A stretch of 64,000 nucleotides of DNA from positions 6,053 through 70,052 of the forward strand of contig CBDCIT010000040.1 of the NCBI GenBank assembly GCA_965217615.1. Direction: 5' to 3'. Both the position numbers and the translations under genes were made by a program. How positions within the stretch are numbered: position 1 is the stretch's first letter; each line of letters opens with the position of its first letter. The notes under the pieces are model-generated. The model was given only the letters and a program-made list of their open reading frames with translations, had not been told where the DNA came from and did not search any database. The DNA comes from Alphaproteobacteria bacterium (GTDB lineage Bacteria; Pseudomonadota; Alphaproteobacteria; UBA8366; CAVOAK01). Positions 28,980 to 38,500 of this stretch are shown in pieces.

Positions 28980-29478
28980 CCCGGCCGAATGCGTCGCCGA
29001 CAAAGGTTATCACTCACGGGCGGTCTTGAGGGCTCTGGACGACAGTCCCTGGAAGACCCGGATCGCGGCGCCCAAGCAGACCGGCTTTTCGCGCTGGCAC
29101 GGTGATGAGGCGGCGCGGCGCGCGGTCACCAACAACCGTGCGCGGCTCAAGTCCGGGGTCGCCCGCGAGGCCTTCAAGCTGCGCGCCGAGATCGTCGAGC
29201 GCTGCTTTGCCCACAACCTCGATCGTGGCGGCATGCGACGAACCTGGCTGCGCGGGCGAGAGAATGTGCACAAGCGATACCTGCTCCACGTCGCCGGCCA
29301 CAATCTATCGTTACTGATGCGCCAGCTCATCGGCGCCGGCACCCCGCGGGAGGCCGTGGCGGGCGGATATGGCGGTATTTTCGTTCTGCTCACGCCCACC
29401 GGGGCCATGCTGGTGGCACGGGGGGGTTCGCAAAGCGGCCAGTCGGCTTTCGCCGCCGCATTCTTCATCTGGGGGTGA
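28980..29478 (+). pseudogene. IS5/IS1182-like transposase, copy A, C-terminal part
   Basis: ECVADKGYHSRAVLRALDD... to the stop at 29476..29478, near-identical to copies B and C. Confidence 0.9.
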
Positions 29479-29510
29479 GAGCCGGAAAAAGCCACTTAAT
29501 CAACGGGCTG
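28980..29510 (+). mobile_element. IS5/IS1182-like insertion sequence, copy A, right part
   Basis: Resumes exactly where copy A was broken (..GACCCGGCCG|AATGCGTC..) and ends with the terminal repeat ..ACTTAATCAACGGGCTG at 29510. Left plus right parts minus the 8-bp duplication give 1,444 bp. Confidence 0.9.
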
Positions 29511-29893
29511 GTGAGCCTGTTGTCACGCTTGCGCGCAAAGTGGGCCTCTCGCGAAGTGCCGTCCTGGAGCGGCTGGTCCGGCTCGAACGCGATCAAATCA
29601 TCACCGGCTATACTGTGCGCCTTGGCAAGTCGGTCGAGCGGGCGCCCGTGTCGGCGTACCTCTTCCTTTATCTCGATGGACCGATTTGCGAGCGTGTGGC
29701 GCCGGTTATCGCAAGAATTCCCGAGGTCAAGAAAAGCCAGTCCGTCGGTGGAGAGATCGACATGATCCTCCTAGTTGAAACCAACGATCTTCATGGCTGG
29801 AACGACGTGCGGAACCAGGTCGAATCCGTAAGCGGCGTTCGCAAGGTGCAGACCGGTATTATTCTCGCGGACAGGTTCGACCGCACGCATTAG
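29511..29893 (+). pseudogene. Lrp/AsnC-family transcriptional regulator, 5'-truncated
   Basis: Starts mid-HTH directly at the IS end (GEPVVTLARKVGLSRSAVLERLVRLERDQIITGYTV..), so about 20 N-terminal codons are missing. The C-terminal ligand-binding domain is intact. Confidence 0.75.
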
Positions 29894-29948
29894 TATTCTC
29901 GCGCGCTTTCAACGTTGGATTCCATTGGACTCCCAGCTTTCGGCTGGA

Positions 29949-31342
29949 GGCTGTGTCTCGAAAGTGGTGGAAATTTGAGGATGGCGTAATCTCCGGGTGA
30001 CAAGACAACCACCCAACCGGCGGCTAGCACCGCCAAGGAGATCACGCCATGAAGAACACTACCGAGACTTCCGCGCTTTCGCTACTGGCCAATGACGCCG
30101 GCTATGATCCGCTCGAGGACCGGCTGCAGGAGAACATCAGATCCACGATCGAGGCCGTTTTTGAGGAGGAACTTGCGCAGTTTCTCGGGCGCTGCCGATA
30201 CGGTCGAGAGGACGCGCTTCGGCAAGGGTATCGGAACGGGCACCGGGAGCGGCAACTGACGGGGACATTCGGGACCGAGAGGGTGAGCGTGCCGCGTGCA
30301 CGGATCGTTGAGGAAGACGGTCGGGCGTCGGAATGGCGTTCGCGGGCGCTGCCGCGCTACCAGCGGCTGACCAGAAAGGCCGAGGCGCTGATCGCTTCGG
30401 TGTATCTGTCCGGAACCAACACGCGGCGGGTGAAACGCGCGCTGTTCGGGCTCTTCCGGGGTGCTGTGAGCAAGGACGTTGTGAGCCGGGCGTGGCGCAA
30501 GGTGAAGGTCGATTGGGACGCCTGGTGCAGCCGTGGCCTCGCGGATGAGGATATCGTTCGGCTGATCCTTGACGGTACTGTGATCAAGACCCGACTGGAT
30601 CGCAAGGCCACCAACATCTCGGTTCTCGCGGCTATAGGGGTGCGCCGGGATGGCCAGAAGGTCTTGCTTTCGATCGGGAATATGGGCGGAGAAAGCCAGG
30701 CGGCGTGGCGCCAGTTCCTCGACGACCTTGATGCGCGTGGACTGAAACGGCCCGGGTTTGTCATCGTCGATGGCGCGCCGGGACTGGAGGCGGCTCTGTC
30801 GGCGCTTTGGGGCGATGACCTTCCCGTTCAACGCTGCACCGTGCACAAGCACCGCAACCTTCTGGGTCATGCTCCCAAACACATGCATGACGAGCTGAGC
30901 GAAGATTACCGCGATATGATCTATGCCGACACTGCCTCCGAGGTGGAAACCCGCCGCAAGGCGTTTGTCCGCAAGTGGCGGCTGAAATGCAGGGCCGTCG
31001 CGGACAGCCTCGCAGAAGCGGGCGACAAGCTCTTTACCTTCACGCGCCTGTCCAAGAGCCAATGGAAATCAGCCCGAACGACCAACGCCATTGAGCGTCT
31101 CAACGAGGAGTTCAAGCGCCGGATCAAAACACAGACCGTGCTGCCGTGTCCCGAAACAGTGCCGATGCTCCTCTGGGCGCTCCTCGCTTCCGGCCAAATC
31201 CAGATGCGCAAAGTCGATGGATGGGAAACCCTCGATCAGCTAATCGCCGACGAAACCCTTGACCGAGCGGCCTGACCGCCGCAAAACTCAGCCCGCTCGG
31301 AGAGGCGCCAAAACCAATTTCCACCACTTTCGAGATACAACC
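29949..31342 (+). mobile_element. IS256-family insertion sequence, copy 3 (1,394 bp)
   Basis: Same terminal repeats as copy 2. The 8-bp target duplication CGGCTGGA is at 29941..29948 and 31343..31350. The insertion is intergenic. Confidence 0.95.
30049..31275 (+). CDS. IS256-family DDE transposase
   Basis: 408 aa, near-identical to the other two copies. Confidence 0.92.
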   Translation: MKNTTETSALSLLANDAGYDPLEDRLQENIRSTIEAVFEEELAQFLGRCRYGREDALRQGYRNGHRERQLTGTFGTERVSVPRARIVEEDGRASEWRSRALPRYQRLTRKAEALIASVYLSGTNTRRVKRALFGLFRGAVSKDVVSRAWRKVKVDWDAWCSRGLADEDIVRLILDGTVIKTRLDRKATNISVLAAIGVRRDGQKVLLSIGNMGGESQAAWRQFLDDLDARGLKRPGFVIVDGAPGLEAALSALWGDDLPVQRCTVHKHRNLLGHAPKHMHDELSEDYRDMIYADTASEVETRRKAFVRKWRLKCRAVADSLAEAGDKLFTFTRLSKSQWKSARTTNAIERLNEEFKRRIKTQTVLPCPETVPMLLWALLASGQIQMRKVDGWETLDQLIADETLDRAA

Positions 31343-31506
31343 CGGCTGGATCTCACTCACAATCCGAATTTGTCCCGTGCTTTTACTTCGCGACGGTCCG
31401 TTATTCCGGACGTTCACGCAATGCGCTTTGAATTTGTGCTGCGGCGACAGGCGATCGACCAAGTACACTCAGGATCAGCAAACCACTTCAGTATAGAGAG
31501 GCTGAC

Positions 31507-32526
31507 ATGAGTGAAACACTCGTCGATACAAAGGCGGACTGGGGCGTATCAGAGGCAGCGGTGCGCGTGCACCGCGAGGCATACGTATGGGACAACACGC
31601 TGCCGTGGCTCGACAAGGCGCAGCCGGCAACACGCCAGGGCCTTCTCCCGCGCATGAAGGCATCTGGATATGACGTGGTGTCGTTGACGCTCGGTTTCGA
31701 TCTCACAAGCCTGCCGGAAATGGTGCAGAAGATCGCCAAGGAGCGGGCCTATTTCCTGGCCCACAGCGATGACTATGTGCTGGTCGGGACGGCCGAGGAC
31801 ATCGAACGTGCCAAGCGCGAGGACAAGCTCGGTATCATCTTCCACTTCCAGGGCAGTAACCCCGTAAATTACGACATCAATATGGTGGCGACCTACTACC
31901 AGCTCGGCATTCGCCACATGCTGATGGCCTACAACCTGCGCAACGCCGTCGGCGACGGCTGCAAGGAGCGCACGAACGAAGGTCTGTCGCGCTTTGGCGT
32001 GCAGCTCGTTGAGGAGATGAACCGGGTCGGCATGGTGGTCGACTGCACCCATACCGGCCACAAGACCACCATGGAAGTGATGGAGGTCTCCAAGGCACCC
32101 GTGGTGTTCAGCCATTCCAACCCGAACGCGCTGAAGGATCATCCCCGCAACATCGCCGACGACCAGATCAAGGCCTGCGCCAAGACGGGTGGCGTGATGG
32201 GCGTCAACGGCGTCGGCATCTTCCTTGGCGACAACGACAACTCAACGGAGAACCAGATCCGCCACGTCGACTATCTGGTCCAGATGGTGGGCCCGGATCA
32301 TGTCGGCTTCGCGCTTGACCTGGCCCTTCACTCGGCAACGTCGGGCCCTGGGCAATTGAACCCGCCGGCGCCGGGCGATGTGCCATGGCCTGAGATCAAG
32401 TATGTTCAACCCGAGCAGATGCCGGCCTTCACCGAAGGCTTGCTAAAGCAGGGTTACAAAGACGCAGACATAGCCAACATCCTTGGCGGCAATTGGCTCA
32501 GGATTGCCAAGCAGGTCTGGAAGTAA
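31507..32526 (+). CDS. M19 (renal/membrane dipeptidase) family protein, paralogue 1
   Basis: Contains VVDCTHTGHKTTMEVMEVSKAPVVFSHSNPNALKDHPRNIADDQIKACAKTGGVMGVNG and DHVGFALD. The N-terminal metal motif looks non-canonical. Confidence 0.75.
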   Translation: MSETLVDTKADWGVSEAAVRVHREAYVWDNTLPWLDKAQPATRQGLLPRMKASGYDVVSLTLGFDLTSLPEMVQKIAKERAYFLAHSDDYVLVGTAEDIERAKREDKLGIIFHFQGSNPVNYDINMVATYYQLGIRHMLMAYNLRNAVGDGCKERTNEGLSRFGVQLVEEMNRVGMVVDCTHTGHKTTMEVMEVSKAPVVFSHSNPNALKDHPRNIADDQIKACAKTGGVMGVNGVGIFLGDNDNSTENQIRHVDYLVQMVGPDHVGFALDLALHSATSGPGQLNPPAPGDVPWPEIKYVQPEQMPAFTEGLLKQGYKDADIANILGGNWLRIAKQVWK

Positions 32527-32579
32527 CGGTCCGTCTCAGACGAACCATACCAATGCGGCCGCATAAGAATCTCGATGCA

Positions 32580-33962
32580 CTAAGTGCCGGCGGATACCGC
32601 GGCGCGTTCGGCTTCGGGTTTAGGTGGATGTCTGAGGCGCAGGCTCCACAGATAGGATCCGGCGCCGACACAGATATTTGCGACGGCCGCTGCGGCGAAC
32701 GCGCCGGTGATGCCATAAAGCCAAGCCCCTAGATGGGCCAGCGGCACATAGAGCACGAACGTACGGGCGACGGTCATGACGACTGTCGGCAGCGGGTTGC
32801 CAAGCGCGCTGAAAATTGAGCTCGCAGTCAGCATGACGCCAAAAGTGCCGTAGGTCACCGGTACCAGGAACAAGTACGTGGTGGCGACATCGACGACGGC
32901 CGGATTGTCGTCGAACAGGGCTATCATCGGCCGAGCCGACGCAGCAAACGCCAGTGCCACGATGACCCCGCAGATCATGCAGTAGAGATAACAATACTGT
33001 GTTGCTTTGTAGACGCGGTCATAGGCGCCAGCGCCCCAGTTTTGGCCGACGAAGGGGGCGACGCCGAAGGCGAGCGCCATAAACGGAATGATGGCGAACG
33101 TTTCGATCCGCGAGACGACACCAAATCCGGCGACCGCTTCCGCACCGAAGCCGGCCATTAGGCTGGTGATAAACGCCAGGGAGAGCGGCGTGATCAAGGT
33201 CGTCGCGGCGGCCGGCGCGCCGACATGTATGATTCCCTTCCAGGACTCCACAACTTCCCGGAATTTCGGCCACCCGAGGTCAATCATCCGGTCGCGAAAA
33301 TGGAGAATCAGCAGTGCCGCCGTGAAGGTCGTCGCGCGCGAGGCGACCGACGCCAGGGCGGCACCCTTCAAGCCAAGCTCGGGGAAGCCGAGAAGTCCGA
33401 AAATCAGAATCGGATCGAGAATGATATTGACCGCCGAACCGCCGCTCATGATGAGGCTCGGCGTTCGTGTGTCGCCCGTTGCTCTGATCGCACTGGAGCC
33501 GACGATGGGCACGACGACGAAAACCATCCCGAAATACCAGATGTGCATGTAGCCGCGGATTTCTTCCAGAACATCCGCTTCCGCGCCAAGGATGTTGAAC
33601 AGCGGATCGATCGTCGAAAGACCAACAACGATAACAGTCGCGACAAAGGTGATCGACAATATCAGGCTGTCGGTCGTCAGCCGGCTCACCTTCCGCTGAT
33701 TACCTTCGCCGATCGCCCGTGCGATCACTGACGATGCGCCGACACCCATGCCAACAGCGATGCTTTGCACGACCATCATGATGGGAAAAATGAAGCTGAG
33801 TGCGGCGAGTTCGAGCGTCCCCAACTGCGCGACAAAGTAGGTGTCGGCAATAATGTTGACGGATATCGCGAGCAATCCCCAAAGCATTGGGAAAGCGAGC
33901 CATACGACTTGCGACGCAATTGCGCCCTCGGTCAGTAATGCCGTCTTGCCGTCAACCTTCAT
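32580..33962 (-). CDS. MATE-family efflux transporter
   Basis: 460 aa, 12 predicted TM helices in two MatE halves, N-terminus LLTEGAIASQVVWLAFPMLWGLLA. Confidence 0.85.
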   Translation of the reverse strand: MKVDGKTALLTEGAIASQVVWLAFPMLWGLLAISVNIIADTYFVAQLGTLELAALSFIFPIMMVVQSIAVGMGVGASSVIARAIGEGNQRKVSRLTTDSLILSITFVATVIVVGLSTIDPLFNILGAEADVLEEIRGYMHIWYFGMVFVVVPIVGSSAIRATGDTRTPSLIMSGGSAVNIILDPILIFGLLGFPELGLKGAALASVASRATTFTAALLILHFRDRMIDLGWPKFREVVESWKGIIHVGAPAAATTLITPLSLAFITSLMAGFGAEAVAGFGVVSRIETFAIIPFMALAFGVAPFVGQNWGAGAYDRVYKATQYCYLYCMICGVIVALAFAASARPMIALFDDNPAVVDVATTYLFLVPVTYGTFGVMLTASSIFSALGNPLPTVVMTVARTFVLYVPLAHLGAWLYGITGAFAAAAVANICVGAGSYLWSLRLRHPPKPEAERAAVSAGT

Positions 33963-34102
33963 TCGTGCGTGTTCTTTCGTCGACGGCCAAGAAGACGTCG
34001 GTTGCCCGACGCAGCGCCGTTCCTATGGTGTTTGCTGCTTCAGATTGGCTAGACTAGCCTCAATTGTGCGGGGAGTGTTTATGCAATTCCTGGACGGCGT
34101 CA

Positions 34103-34813
34103 ATGATCGATAAGCGAGTTGAATCGTTGGAGCGGGCGGTCGCAGGAATCAGCGATGGGTCCGTCGTCCTGACCGGTGGGTTCGGTCAAGCCGGCAATCC
34201 GACCGATCTGATCCACGCGCTGATCGACCAGGGCTCAAAGGATCTTACGGTCGTCAACAACAATGCGGGCAACGCGCATATCGGGCTGGCCGCGTTGCTG
34301 GAGACGGGCCGGGTTCGCAAGATGATCTGCACCTACCCGCGTTCGACCGATTCCGAAGTCATCACCGAACTTTATCGCGAGGGAAGGATCGAACTTGAAA
34401 TCGTGCCGCAGGGAACGCTTTCCGAGCGCCTGCGCGCTGCCGGCGCCGGCATCGGCGGGTTCTACACGCCGACCACAATTGGCACGCCGCTGGCCGACGG
34501 CAAAGAAGTTCGGACGATCGACGGCAAGGACTATGTACTCGAATACGCGCTTGCGGCCGACGTCGCGCTTGTTAAGGCCGAGTGCGGCGACCGCTGGGGC
34601 AACTTGACTTATAACAAAGGCGCCCGCAATTTTGGGCCGCTGATGTGTATGGCGGCGCGGACCACCATCGTTCAAGTCCACAGGTTTGTAGACCTTGGAT
34701 CGCTCGATCCCGAACAGGTCGTGACGCCCGGTATATTTGTCGATCGCGTCATCGAAATTGGCGATCCGATCGACGAGCGCGTTGAGATCGAACAACAGAA
34801 GATGGCCGGATGA
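34103..34813 (+). CDS. 3-oxoacid/3-oxoadipate CoA-transferase subunit A
   Basis: ATG 34103. Contains VVLTGGFGQAGNPTDLIHALIDQGSKDLTVVNNNAGN. Confidence 0.85.
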   Translation: MIDKRVESLERAVAGISDGSVVLTGGFGQAGNPTDLIHALIDQGSKDLTVVNNNAGNAHIGLAALLETGRVRKMICTYPRSTDSEVITELYREGRIELEIVPQGTLSERLRAAGAGIGGFYTPTTIGTPLADGKEVRTIDGKDYVLEYALAADVALVKAECGDRWGNLTYNKGARNFGPLMCMAARTTIVQVHRFVDLGSLDPEQVVTPGIFVDRVIEIGDPIDERVEIEQQKMAG

Positions 34814-35502
34814 ACGCTTCAATGACGAATGGGCGGTTGAATCGCCGGCAGATCGCTTGGCGTGTCGCCCAGGATATTCACGATGGTGCCTGCGTGAACC
34901 TAGGCATCGGCATGCCGGTTCTGGTCGGCAACTACCTTCCCGACGACCGCGAGATCATATTGCATAGTGAGAACGGGATCCTGGGAATGGGACCCGCTCC
35001 GGCGCCGGGCGAGGAGGATTACGAACTTACAAACGCCTCGAAGGGTCCAGTGACGCTGCTCGACGGCGGCTCGTTCGTTCACCAGGCCGATTCCTTCGCG
35101 ATGATCCGCGGCGGCCACATCGATATCTGTGTCATGGGCGTGTTCCAGGTCAGCGCGTCGGGCGATCTGGCCAACTGGTCGACTGGCGGGCCAGATGCGA
35201 TCCCAGGCGTCGGTGGCGCGATGGATCTGGCAATCGGCGCAAAGCGCGTATTTGTCATGACCGAGCACACGACGCGGGCCGGCGAGCCCAAGATCGTCGA
35301 GCACTGCAGCTACCCGTTGACCGGCGCCGGCGTCGTTTCATCGATCTATTCCAACATCGCCGTCATTGATATAACCGGCGAAGGCCTCGTTGTCCGCGAG
35401 AAGCTGGCAGGGCTTGAGCTCGACGATGTTCAGAGCGTGACCGGCGCGCCGGTCCGCCTCGCCAACGATTGGCAAACCTTGGATGTTCCAGACATTGCTT
35501 GA
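34810..35502 (+). CDS. 3-oxoacid/3-oxoadipate CoA-transferase subunit B
   Basis: 4-nt overlap with subunit A. Contains VNLGIGMP and the catalytic-Glu motif HSENGILGMGP. Confidence 0.85.
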   Translation: MNASMTNGRLNRRQIAWRVAQDIHDGACVNLGIGMPVLVGNYLPDDREIILHSENGILGMGPAPAPGEEDYELTNASKGPVTLLDGGSFVHQADSFAMIRGGHIDICVMGVFQVSASGDLANWSTGGPDAIPGVGGAMDLAIGAKRVFVMTEHTTRAGEPKIVEHCSYPLTGAGVVSSIYSNIAVIDITGEGLVVREKLAGLELDDVQSVTGAPVRLANDWQTLDVPDIA

Positions 35503-35591
35503 TGTTTCCCGCCTCCGTGGCCGCGCCTGTTGTAATTTATCGTTGGGACGCGGAATTGTGCGTCCGCCTTTGCGCGCGTTGAGGTGTCGGC

Positions 35592-38500
35592 ATGTATCTT
35601 GATCGCCGGCTCTGGGCGTTCACTGAAGGCGTTCGGGGTCGCATCGCTTTTTCGGTACTCGTCGGCCTGATTGCCGCGACAGTGGGGATTGCACGCCTGG
35701 CGTTGCTGGGATGGCTGTTGGCGAAAGTCTTCCACGGCGATGCGGTGGAAACCTTCGTTGGTCCGTTCGCTGCTGTCGCCGGCGTTATGGTGCTGCGAGG
35801 CCTGCTTGAATATTGGCGCACGATGATTGCCCATCGCACGGCGGCAAAGGTCCAGCTCCACGTTCGTAAGCTTCTCTATGACAAAGTGACCGCGCTCGGT
35901 CCGGCCTATTTCGGGTTGGAGCGGACGGGTAGCGTGATCTTGACGATGATCGACGGCATCGAGCAACTCGAGACCTATTTTGGCCAATATCTGCCGCAGA
36001 TTGTCGTCGCTGTATTGATGCCTGTTGGCATCTTCGCGTTCGTGGCGTTTCTCGATCTGCCGGCGGCAAGCGTGCTGTTTGCCTTCGCTTTGTTAACGCT
36101 CATTGCGCCATCTGTGTTTCACAGCTGGAACACAAGAAACAGCCGTGCGCGAAACACTGCGTATAAAGGATTTAGTGCGGAATTCTTGGATTCGGTACAG
36201 GGTCTTGCCACGCTGAAAGCGTTTGGCCAGGCGCGCGGACGGGCGGATCTCTTGGCCCGCAAGGCCAAGGATGTGTTTGACAGTACGATGTGGGTGCTGG
36301 CGACAAATACGCTCGCACGCGGCATTACGGACACCGGGATCGCGGTCGCGGCGGCAAGTACGCTGACGCTCGGCGCCTTTCGTGTGTCTTCGGGCGCAAT
36401 GAGCCTGGAGGCGTTGCTTGTCATCCTGATGATGGGCGTCGAAGTATTTAGGCCGTTGCGCGATCTGCGCATGATTTTGCACCAGGGAATGACGGGCCAA
36501 GCCGCTGCCGAGGGCGTCCTGGCGCTGCTCGCCGCTGAGCCGCAAATCCACGACCCGAGCCAGATGCCGGTTCTCGCGGACTCGCTGGCGCCGAGCGTCG
36601 AGTTCCGCAATGTGACGTTTGCCTATCCCCAACGCGAACAAGCGGCAAACCGTGACCTGAACTTTCGCGTCGCTTCTGGAGAGCGAGTCGGCGTCGTTGG
36701 CCACAGTGGCGCTGGCAAATCAACGATCGTGCGCTTGCTGCTGCGGTTGTACGATTCCGATGAAGGGGCGGTCTTAATCGGCGGCCAAGACATCCGCGAC
36801 CAATCGCTCGACGACCTGCGTTCCAGGCTCGCGGTAGTCAATCAGGATACCTATCTGTTCCACGGAACCGTCGAAGATAACCTGCGCTTCGGCAAGCCGA
36901 CGGCCCGCGTGGAAGAACTCGAAGACGCGGCGCGGACGGCCAACGCGCATGAGTTCATCAGCCGCCTGCCCCATGGCTATCAAACCGTCGTCGGCGAGCG
37001 CGGTATCCGCCTGTCCGGCGGACAGCGTCAACGCATAGCGATCGCCCGTGCGCTTTTGCGCGATACGCCGATCCTGGTTCTCGATGAAGCGCTTTCTGCA
37101 GTGGACGCGGAAAGCGAGGCGGTTATCCAAGAAGCGCTCGACCGCCTCATGCGCGGCCGCACGACCCTTGTTTTTGCCCACCGCTTGTCCAGTGTCATCG
37201 GCGCCGACCGAATACTCGTGCTCGATGACGGCCACGTCGTCGAAAGTGGGACGCACGGTGAACTGATGGCGTCCGGCGGCGCCTATTACGGTTTGATGGC
37301 GATGCAGGCCCAAGACACCGACGCCGAGCACGAGCTGATCGATATCGGCGTGGCTGACGAAGGCGATGCGGCGGCTGAGTTTGACCAGCTGGCCTACACC
37401 GACGCCGTTCAGTCGGAGCCGACCGATGCCATACTGCGTGCCGAAGGCATGGGCTGGCTGCGGGCGACGATTGAGCTGCTTCGACTGGTGAAATCGGAGA
37501 AGCTGAGACTCGTTGCGACGTTTCTGTTCGGCGTCGGACGCGTTTGCGCTTTGATCGGAATCGGCGTCTTGAGCGCACTCATCGTTGCAGCGGTCAAGGC
37601 CGATGAGCCGTTCGGCGGCCTCGTCGTGGCCTTAGCAATCACCGCACCGCTGGCGGGCATCCTGCACTGGTTTGAGTCCTGGCTCGCCCACGATATGGCC
37701 TATCGGCTGTTGGCGGTCATGCGTATCGCGCTGTTCCGGAAACTTGACGAGTTGGCCCCTGCCTACTTGGTGCGGCGGCGCACAGGCGATCTCGTTGCGA
37801 TGGCGACCCAGGATGTCGAAACCGTCGAGTTCTTCTTCGCTCATACGGTTGCACCGGCCTTCGTCGCGATACTGGTGCCGGCCGTCGTCATTGGTTCGCT
37901 CGTCGTCTTTGGATGGCAGATGGCCGCTGCGCTAACGCCGTTTCTCGTGCTCGTTGGCTTGAGTCCTTTTCTCATGCGGCATCGCGTCGATACCCTGGGC
38001 TCGCGGGCGCGTGAGGCCCTGGGAGAACTGAACGCGCATGCCGTCGACACCGTTCAGGGGTTGAGCGAGATCGTTGCTTTTCAGCAGACCGAGCAGCGGG
38101 GCGAGGCCTTTCTCGATCGCGTCCGCAGACATCATCGTCTGCGCCTACCATTCTTCAGCGATCTGACAATCCAAACCTCATTGCTGGAGGTCGCGACGGG
38201 TTTGGGTGGTCTTGCCATCGTCATGTCCGGTGCTTGGCTGGTCGCCAACGGCGAACTTGAAAGCGGTATGCTGCCGCTCCTGACGTTGTTGGCGATGTCG
38301 GCCTTTCTACCGGTTTCCGAGATCGCCAACATCGGTCGGCAACTCGCCGATACGCTGGGCTCGACGCGGCGCATCTACGCGGTGCATGCCGAGGAGCCGC
38401 CGGTAAAAGACGGACCCTATGACGAGGCCTCCCGCGTCGGACACGCGGTGTCGCTTGAGATGGAGCATGTCGATTTCCGTTATTTCGGCGCGAACCGTCT

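Noticed and set aside
28372-29478. 368-aa plus-strand ORF
   Set aside because: It is a chimera of the antisense strand of the coiled-coil transposase segment with the genuine C-terminal part of the copy A transposase (from 28980).
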